Shown piece after piece: positions 58,090 through 64,000 of a stretch of 64,000 nucleotides of DNA; positions within the stretch are counted from its first letter, which is position 1, and every line of letters starts with the position of its first letter. The notes under the pieces were generated by a model. The model ran no database searches. It was given only the letters and a program-made list of their open reading frames with translations, and was not told where the DNA came from. Position numbers and translations under genes: made by a program. This DNA is from an uncultured Candidatus Rokubacteria bacterium (GTDB lineage Bacteria; Methylomirabilota; Methylomirabilia; Rokubacteriales; CSP1-6): assembly GCA_963754315.1 (NCBI GenBank), contig CAVWFS010000018.1, forward strand, positions 576,001-640,000, written 5' to 3'.

Positions 58090-58764
58090 ATGAGGCCAGC
58101 GGTGGCAGTCATGGCCAAGACGCCAGGGCTGGGGCCGGTGAAGTCCCGGCTGCACCCGTCGCTGACGCCGGAGCGGGCGACCGATCTCTACCGGTGCTTT
58201 CTGCTCGACCGCCTCGACGGGGTGACGGCCGTGGACGGAGTCGAACCTGTGATTGCGTTCACGCCCCCGGAGGGTCGGCCGCTGCTGGCAGCGATCGCCC
58301 CGACGGGTTTTCGCCTCGTCGCCCAGCGGGGACGTGATCTCGGCGAGCGGCTCTCGAATCTGCTGAACGACCTGCTCCGGGAAGGACACAACGGGGCAAT
58401 GGCCATTGACAGCGATAGTCCAACGTTGCCGATGAGTTATGTCTCTGACGCTGCGAGACAACTCGAGATTGGTGCGAGCGACATCGTCCTTGGCCCCTGT
58501 GAAGACGGCGGGTATTACTTGATCGGGCTCTCGCGGCCCTGTCCAGCGCTTTTCGAGGGCATTCCGTGGAGTACCGACCGCGTCCTCGGCCTCACCTTGG
58601 ACAAGGCGCGCCAGCAGGGACTTCGCACGCATCTGCTGCCCACGTGGTTCGACGTGGATACCGAGCCGGATCTACGCCGGCTGGCTGCCGAGATGATGGC
58701 AGCCGGAAACGGTCCTCGCCGGACCTTTGCATTCGTGAGCCAACTGTTCAGGGAGGCCGGGTAA
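58090..58764 (+). CDS. TIGR04282/DUF2064-type (CofC-like) transferase
   Basis: VMAKTP..G.VKSRL, QRGRDLGERL, IDSDSPTL, LGPCEDGGYYLIG, IPWST, DVDT. Confidence 0.88.
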   Translation: MRPAVAVMAKTPGLGPVKSRLHPSLTPERATDLYRCFLLDRLDGVTAVDGVEPVIAFTPPEGRPLLAAIAPTGFRLVAQRGRDLGERLSNLLNDLLREGHNGAMAIDSDSPTLPMSYVSDAARQLEIGASDIVLGPCEDGGYYLIGLSRPCPALFEGIPWSTDRVLGLTLDKARQQGLRTHLLPTWFDVDTEPDLRRLAAEMMAAGNGPRRTFAFVSQLFREAG

Positions 58765-58787
58765 ACCGCCCAAGAGTGGGGTTGCAC

Positions 58788-59345
58788 GTGGAAGAGCGCG
58801 TTCCTGCGCGAGGGTATACCGCGGTCGGGTGGCTCTCGGTGACGGCTCCGCTCTGGCCGCTCGGCCTCATGCGGATTCTCTACGGCGTACTCTGGTGGCA
58901 ACAGTCAAAATGGAAGGTCCCGTCCGACGATTTTGGACGGAAGTCGGGAGGCGGGCTCTGGTACTGGGTGCACCAGGAGATCCAGCATCCCACCCTCCTT
59001 GCCTACCGGGACTTCCTGGTCAACGTGATGATCCCCAACTGGACCTTATTCGGATGGATGACGCTCGTCACCGAGACATTTATCGGGGCCACGCTCATTC
59101 TCGGTCTCTTCACACGTCTCGGGTCATTGGTCGCCTTCGGGATGGCCCTGAACATCACGATCGGCATCGTGAGCGTGCCCCACGAGTGGGTGTGGACATA
59201 CGTCATGCTGATGGCGTTCCCTGTTCTCTTTTTCTTCACCGATGCCGGACGCAGCTTCGGTCTCGACTCTCTCCTCGCTCCCTGGCTCGAGCGCGGCGCG
59301 GCCGCGGGCAGCCGGCTGGCCGGCGTGGTGCGCTGGCTGGTGTGA
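58788..59345 (+). CDS. DoxX/DoxD-family membrane protein
   Basis: RILYGVLW, ETFIGATLILGLFTRLG, AGRSFGLD. Confidence 0.8.
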   Translation: MEERVPARGYTAVGWLSVTAPLWPLGLMRILYGVLWWQQSKWKVPSDDFGRKSGGGLWYWVHQEIQHPTLLAYRDFLVNVMIPNWTLFGWMTLVTETFIGATLILGLFTRLGSLVAFGMALNITIGIVSVPHEWVWTYVMLMAFPVLFFFTDAGRSFGLDSLLAPWLERGAAAGSRLAGVVRWLV

Positions 59346-59494
59346 CCACTGAGGGCGCCCGGTTGACCACGTGCCGCCGCGGACGCGACCGTTCGGGGGC
59401 GGGGCCGGTCGCCCTGGGGTCGCGCGGCCTGCGCTCACACGCAGTATGATCACCCTCGCGCGGGCGGACGCCCCGCGCAGGAAAGGATGGCGTC

Positions 59495-61129
59495 ATGAGC
59501 ACAGTGACGGGTTCCGAGGTACTCGCGCGGGCGCTGGCGGCGCAAGGGATGGATACTTTGTTCTTTCTCATGGGCGGGCCCATGCTGGAGACCGAGAGCG
59601 AAGTCATTCGACTCGGCCTGCGCGCGATCGACACGCGCCACGAGCAGGCAGCGGCCATGGAGGCTCACGCCTGGACGCGACTGACACGACGCCCCGGCGT
59701 GTGCATGGCCGCCTCCGGGCCGGGCACCACGAACCTGCTCACGGGCGTGGCCAATGCCTTTGCTGACGCTGCGCCCTTGGTGGCGATCGGGGGGTCCAGC
59801 GCCACCATCCAGCTCGGAATGGAGGCGTTTCAGGAGATGGACCAGGTCGCGTGCTTCAGGCCCGTCACCAAGTGGGCCGAGCGCGTCCTCGACGTCAAGC
59901 GCATCCCCGACATGGTGGCTACCGCCTTTCGCCAGGCGACGGCGGGCCGGCCGGGTCCCGTGTACCTTGACCTCCCGGGTGACGTGCTGGGCGCGAAGAT
60001 CGACGAGGCGAGCGTCACCTACTCGGCGCGGTGGAAACCATCGCCGCGCTCGCTCGGCGATCCCGCCGCGATCAAGGAGGCCATCGCGCTGCTGGCGCAG
60101 GCGCAACGACCGCTCGTCATCGCCGGCAGCGGCGTGTGGTGGTCCGAGGGCGCGGCGGCGCTCCAAGCTTTCGTGGACACCACGGGGGTGCCCTTCTATA
60201 CGACGCCGATCTCGCGGGGCCTCATTCCCGAGGACCATCACCTGGCGTTTCTCAACGCCCGGGTCCGCGCGTTCTCGGAAGCCGATCTGATCCTCGTGGT
60301 CGGGACCCGTTTCAACTACATCATTCAGTTCGGCCGACCCCCACGCTTCGCCACCGACCTCAAGGTCGTCCAGGTGGATGTCGACGCCGCCCAGCTTGGA
60401 CAAAATCGGCCCGTGGACGTGCCCATCGTGGGCGACGCGCGGGCCGTCCTGGAGCAGCTCACGGCTGAGGCGGCTGGCCGCGTGGATCCTGCGCGCTTCA
60501 GGGCGTGGGTCTCCAAGCTGCGTGTGCTTGACGCAGAGAAGCAGGCGGAGATGGACAAGGCCATGAGCACCGACCAGCTTCCCGTCCACCCGCTACGGGT
60601 GTGCAAGGAGGTCCGTGATTTCCTGCGCCGCGACGCGATCCTTGTCGTCGATGGACAGGAGATCCTCAACTTCGGCCGTCAGTCGATCCCGACGTTCGTG
60701 CCCGGGCACCGACTCAACTCGGGCGCATTCGGCTGCATGGGCGTTGGGCTGCCCTTTGCCATCGGTGCCAAGATAGCCAGGCCCGAGGCGCAGGTCGTCG
60801 CGTTGCACGGCGACGGGTCATTTGGGATCAATGCCATGGAGATCGACACGGCGGTTCGTCACCACGTACCGGTTGTCGTCGTGATCAGCAACAACGGAGG
60901 TTGGACAGGCGATCCTCAGAAGAACAAGCCGGGCCGAAACCTCGGCTTCACGCGTTACGACCGGGTGGCCCAGGAACTGGGGGCGCACGGCGAATTCGTG
61001 GAGAAGCCCAATGACATCCGGCCCGCTCTGGAGCGCGCCTGGGCGTCGGGCAAGCCGGCCGTGGTCAACGTGATCACCGACCCGTCGGTTCGCGCCCAGA
61101 CCGTCCGCTTCTCCGCCTACACGACTTGA
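59495..61129 (+). CDS. TPP-dependent enzyme (2-hydroxyacyl-CoA lyase/oxalyl-CoA decarboxylase-like)
   Basis: RHEQAA, SGPG, FQEMDQ, GCMGVGLP, GDGSFG...NNGGW. Confidence 0.9.
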   Translation: MSTVTGSEVLARALAAQGMDTLFFLMGGPMLETESEVIRLGLRAIDTRHEQAAAMEAHAWTRLTRRPGVCMAASGPGTTNLLTGVANAFADAAPLVAIGGSSATIQLGMEAFQEMDQVACFRPVTKWAERVLDVKRIPDMVATAFRQATAGRPGPVYLDLPGDVLGAKIDEASVTYSARWKPSPRSLGDPAAIKEAIALLAQAQRPLVIAGSGVWWSEGAAALQAFVDTTGVPFYTTPISRGLIPEDHHLAFLNARVRAFSEADLILVVGTRFNYIIQFGRPPRFATDLKVVQVDVDAAQLGQNRPVDVPIVGDARAVLEQLTAEAAGRVDPARFRAWVSKLRVLDAEKQAEMDKAMSTDQLPVHPLRVCKEVRDFLRRDAILVVDGQEILNFGRQSIPTFVPGHRLNSGAFGCMGVGLPFAIGAKIARPEAQVVALHGDGSFGINAMEIDTAVRHHVPVVVVISNNGGWTGDPQKNKPGRNLGFTRYDRVAQELGAHGEFVEKPNDIRPALERAWASGKPAVVNVITDPSVRAQTVRFSAYTT

Positions 61130-61137
61130 TTAGACAT

Positions 61138-61300
61138 GGGGGGCCCAAGATGGCCCCCCAAGTCCCCCAGCGCTCGGGGCGCCCCGGGGAACCCGGGGCA
61201 CCCCTCGGTCCTACGCTAGCTGTCGGGGCCTCGAACGGGCCCCCCAAGCCCCCCAGCCACGCTCGGGGCACCCCGTCGGCCCGAACCCGGGGCCTCCTCG
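61138..61300. repeat. Second tandem dimer of the two-hairpin dispersed repeat, between convergent genes
   Basis: Copies at ~61138-61207 and ~61224-61300 (GGGGCC-loop-GGCCCCCCAAG.CCCCCAG...GCTCGGGGC.CCCCG...CCGGGGC..CCTCG), matching the reverse complement of 9050-9215. Confidence 0.8.
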
Positions 61301-61375
61301 AGATTGCTCGGCGGTCAGCTCCGGCTATGCTCGCGACGCCGCGCGGTCGAGGGACAGGGCTCGTCTGGCCGCGGC

Positions 61376-62383
61376 TCACTGCGAGATGACCTTTCGCGGG
61401 TCGAGCGCATCGCGCAGCCCATCACCGATGTAGTTGATGGACAGCACGGTCAGAAAGATGGCCGTCCCCGCGATGATGGCCCAGTGGGGAGCGAAGTCGA
61501 GATTGTCCTTGGCGTCGGAGAGGATGCGTCCCCAGGTCGGCGTGTCAGGGGGAAAGCCCAGACCGAGGAAGGACAGGGTGGACTCGGCGAGGATGGCGGC
61601 GGCTACATCGAGGGATCCGGCCACGATCACCGGGCCCACGGCGTTGGGCAAGATGTGACGCACGACCTGCCGTAAGGGCGGCGCGCCGAGAGCCTTGGCG
61701 GCTTCGACAAACTCCTTCTCGCGCAAGGACAAGAACTGGGCGCGCACGAGGCGGGCCACCCGCATCCACTGCAGTCCGCCGATGACCACCACCACCAGCA
61801 CGAACATACCGGTCTCCGGGCCCAGTGCCTTGCGCAAGGTGTCCCGGAAGAGGTAGACGACGAGGAGGAGCAGAGGAAGACCAGGCAAGGCCAGGAAGAG
61901 ATCCGTCAAGCGCATGAGGCCATTGTCGACGGCCCCGCCCAGATGCCCCGCCACGGCGCCGATCACGGTCCCTGCGATGACCGCAATGAGCATGGCCGCC
62001 ACTCCGACCGCGAGCGAGATACGCCCGCCGTACAGCATCCGTGCTAGGAGGTCCTGACCGAGATCGTCGGTGCCCAGTGGGTGGGCCCACGACGGCCCTT
62101 TCAGCTTGGCCTTGAAGTCGATGGCGTCGATCGGCACCCGGTAGACGAGGGGGCCCACCAAGACCGCCATCACCATCACGAGAAGAACGACGCTACCCCC
62201 CAGGGCAAGTCGGTGCCGCCGGAAACGGTGCCACGCTTCGCGGCCGAGAGACCGACTGACTTGGGGCACGATCCTCGGCACCCGGCCGACGACAGTCTCG
62301 GCGGCGGTCCCGGTGGTCAAGGTCGCCGAGGGCTGGCGGTTGGCCGCTGCCGGATGTCCGGCGCCGGATGGGGAGAGACTCAT
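61376..62383 (-). CDS. Peptide/nickel ABC permease (DppC/OppC-like)
   Basis: HPLGTDDLG, GGRISL, EFVEAAKALG, RHILPN, GDGLRDALDP. Confidence 0.92.
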   Translation of the reverse strand: MSLSPSGAGHPAAANRQPSATLTTGTAAETVVGRVPRIVPQVSRSLGREAWHRFRRHRLALGGSVVLLVMVMAVLVGPLVYRVPIDAIDFKAKLKGPSWAHPLGTDDLGQDLLARMLYGGRISLAVGVAAMLIAVIAGTVIGAVAGHLGGAVDNGLMRLTDLFLALPGLPLLLLVVYLFRDTLRKALGPETGMFVLVVVVIGGLQWMRVARLVRAQFLSLREKEFVEAAKALGAPPLRQVVRHILPNAVGPVIVAGSLDVAAAILAESTLSFLGLGFPPDTPTWGRILSDAKDNLDFAPHWAIIAGTAIFLTVLSINYIGDGLRDALDPRKVISQ

Positions 62384-63339
62384 CGATACGAGATCCGCGG
62401 ATCGAGCCAGCCGTAGAGGAGATCGGCGACCAGATTGAACAGTACCACCAGGACGGAGAACACGAAGGTGATGGCCATGATCACCGGGGTGTCATTGGCC
62501 AGGACGGATGCGATGAGCAGGGACCCGATGCCGGGAACCCGGAAGATCTGCTCGGTCACGATGCCACCCGTGAAGATGAAGGGAATCTGCAGCGCGACCA
62601 GGGTCACCACCGGGATGAGGGCGTTCCGCACGACGTGCTTCACCACCGTCACGAACTCCGGAAGCCCTTTGGCGCGCGCCGTGTTGATGTAGTCGAGCCG
62701 GATCACGTCCAGGACGGACGAGCGCACAAACCGGGTGAGGGAGGCGGCCTGGGCGAGGCCGAGCACGCTGATGGGCATCACGCTCTGCTTGAACTGCTCC
62801 CAGAACCAGCGCCACCCGGTCGCGTTCAGATCGGCCCGGTAGATGAACGGGAGCCAGTCCAGATAGATGCTGAACAGGAGGATGAAGAGCAGCCCAGTGA
62901 AGAAGGTCGGCAAGGAGAACCACACGAAGGCCAGGGTGGTGGCGACCTGGTCGAAGGGGGAATACGGTCGCCGCGCGGAGTACGTCCCGATGGGCAACGC
63001 GATCAAGATGGCCAGGAACTGGGCGCTTCCGAGCACGAACAGGGTCGTGGGAAGGCGCTGGAGGATGAGGGTGTCAACGTTCACCCGGCTTACGAATGAG
63101 AACCCCCAGTCGCCCCTGACCATTGCGGTGAACCAGCGCAGGTAGCGGAGGTAGATGGGGTCGTCCAGACCGTACTGCGCCCGAAGGTTGGCGCGTACCT
63201 CGGCTGGCACGTTGGGATTGGTGGCGAGCTCTTCGAAGGGGTCACCCGGCGCCAAGGCCAGAATAGTGAAGAGGACCAGACTGATCCCGAGCAACAGTGG
63301 AAAGGCCATGACCAGCCGCCGGAGGAAGTACTTGGACAT
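62380..63339 (-). CDS. Peptide/nickel ABC permease (DppB/OppB-like)
   Basis: LAPGDP, YGLDDP, TARAKGL, NALIP, ADLLYGWLDPRI. Confidence 0.92.
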   Translation of the reverse strand: MSKYFLRRLVMAFPLLLGISLVLFTILALAPGDPFEELATNPNVPAEVRANLRAQYGLDDPIYLRYLRWFTAMVRGDWGFSFVSRVNVDTLILQRLPTTLFVLGSAQFLAILIALPIGTYSARRPYSPFDQVATTLAFVWFSLPTFFTGLLFILLFSIYLDWLPFIYRADLNATGWRWFWEQFKQSVMPISVLGLAQAASLTRFVRSSVLDVIRLDYINTARAKGLPEFVTVVKHVVRNALIPVVTLVALQIPFIFTGGIVTEQIFRVPGIGSLLIASVLANDTPVIMAITFVFSVLVVLFNLVADLLYGWLDPRISYR

Positions 63340-63345
63340 CGGCGT

Positions 63346-63373
63346 GGAGGCCGGACGGATCCGTCCGGCCTCC
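63346..63373. promoter_or_regulatory. Perfect 28-bp intercistronic palindrome (mRNA stem-loop)
   Basis: GGAGGCCGGACGGATCCGTCCGGCCTCC between the substrate-binding protein stop and the permease ATG. No U-tract. Confidence 0.75.
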
Positions 63374-63384
63374 CACCTCCGTGG

Positions 63385-64000
63385 CTACCCGTCGCGGTGC
63401 CAGTTGGCCAAGTTCCAGAGATTCGAGTCCCATCCAGAAATCTCCGTGCCCTTGAGGCGGTTGGACACGGCCGAGATGACGCTGCGCCACAGGACGGGGA
63501 CCACCACGACGTCCTGGATGACCAGATCGTTCATGCGGATGTAGAGCGCCGCGCGCTTCACGGGATCCAGTTCCGCCTCGCCGGCCCGCCAGAGCTTGTC
63601 GTACTCCTCGTTGCGCCAGCGAGTGATGTTGCGGCCCTGCCACTTGTTCTCCTTCGACGAGACCTCCCACGTGGTGAACTGCTCCATGAACGTCTGGGGA
63701 TCGGGGGCCCCCATGGTGGTCGTGTACATCTGGATATCGGTGTAGAACTTGGCGTAGGTATCCGGATTGGCCACGTCTGACGAGAAGTAGACGGACGCCA
63801 CCACCGACTTCAGCTCCAGCTCGATTCCCGCCTTGGCCGCGGCCTGTTTCGCAATGGCCTGCGTCTTCTGGCGAGGTGCGTTGATGGCGGTCTGGTAGAC
63901 CATCTTGAGCTTCTTGCCGTCCTTGGCCCGGATGCCGTCGGCGCCACGCTTCCAGCCCGCCGCCTCGAGAATCTGGTTGGCCTTGTCGACGTTGAACTCC
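63385..64000 (-). CDS. Peptide ABC substrate-binding protein (family 5), C-terminal part
   Basis: KANQILEAAGWKRGADGIRAKDG, NITRWRNEEYDKL, upstream of the dppBC-like genes. Confidence 0.88.
   Translation of the reverse strand, partial: EFNVDKANQILEAAGWKRGADGIRAKDGKKLKMVYQTAINAPRQKTQAIAKQAAAKAGIELELKSVVASVYFSSDVANPDTYAKFYTDIQMYTTTMGAPDPQTFMEQFTTWEVSSKENKWQGRNITRWRNEEYDKLWRAGEAELDPVKRAALYIRMNDLVIQDVVVVPVLWRSVISAVSNRLKGTEISGWDSNLWNLANWHRDG

Overview
High-GC bacterial chromosomal window, densely coding, with about 60 genes. The gene repertoire and repeat style resemble Candidatus Rokubacteria/Methylomirabilota, which is an inference only. I found no rRNA, tRNA, CRISPR array, transposase or prophage. 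Main points: (1) Three genes that the ORF track splits at an in-frame TGA look like selenoproteins, each with TGA at a catalytic Cys position and a SECIS-like hairpin just downstream: a DsbA-type UxxC protein, an AhpC/TSA peroxiredoxin and a UGSC-family protein. (2) The Sec-peroxiredoxin heads an apparently coupled operon of orphan substrate-binding protein, histidine kinase, response regulator and receiver-adenylate cyclase. (3) An uncharacterised cluster contains two different radical SAM enzymes (SPASM and Twitch type), a GT-C-like membrane glycosyltransferase, a GT2, a TIGR04282/DUF2064-type transferase and DoxX. (4) A nitrilase-fold protein has Ala in place of the catalytic Cys. (5) There is a two-hairpin dispersed repeat family and several perfect palindromes, one of them in frame inside a gamma-glutamyltransferase. 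Many single-base frameshifts, several in G/C homopolymers, probably reflect long-read assembly error rather than biology. All product calls come from motif recognition, not from database searches.
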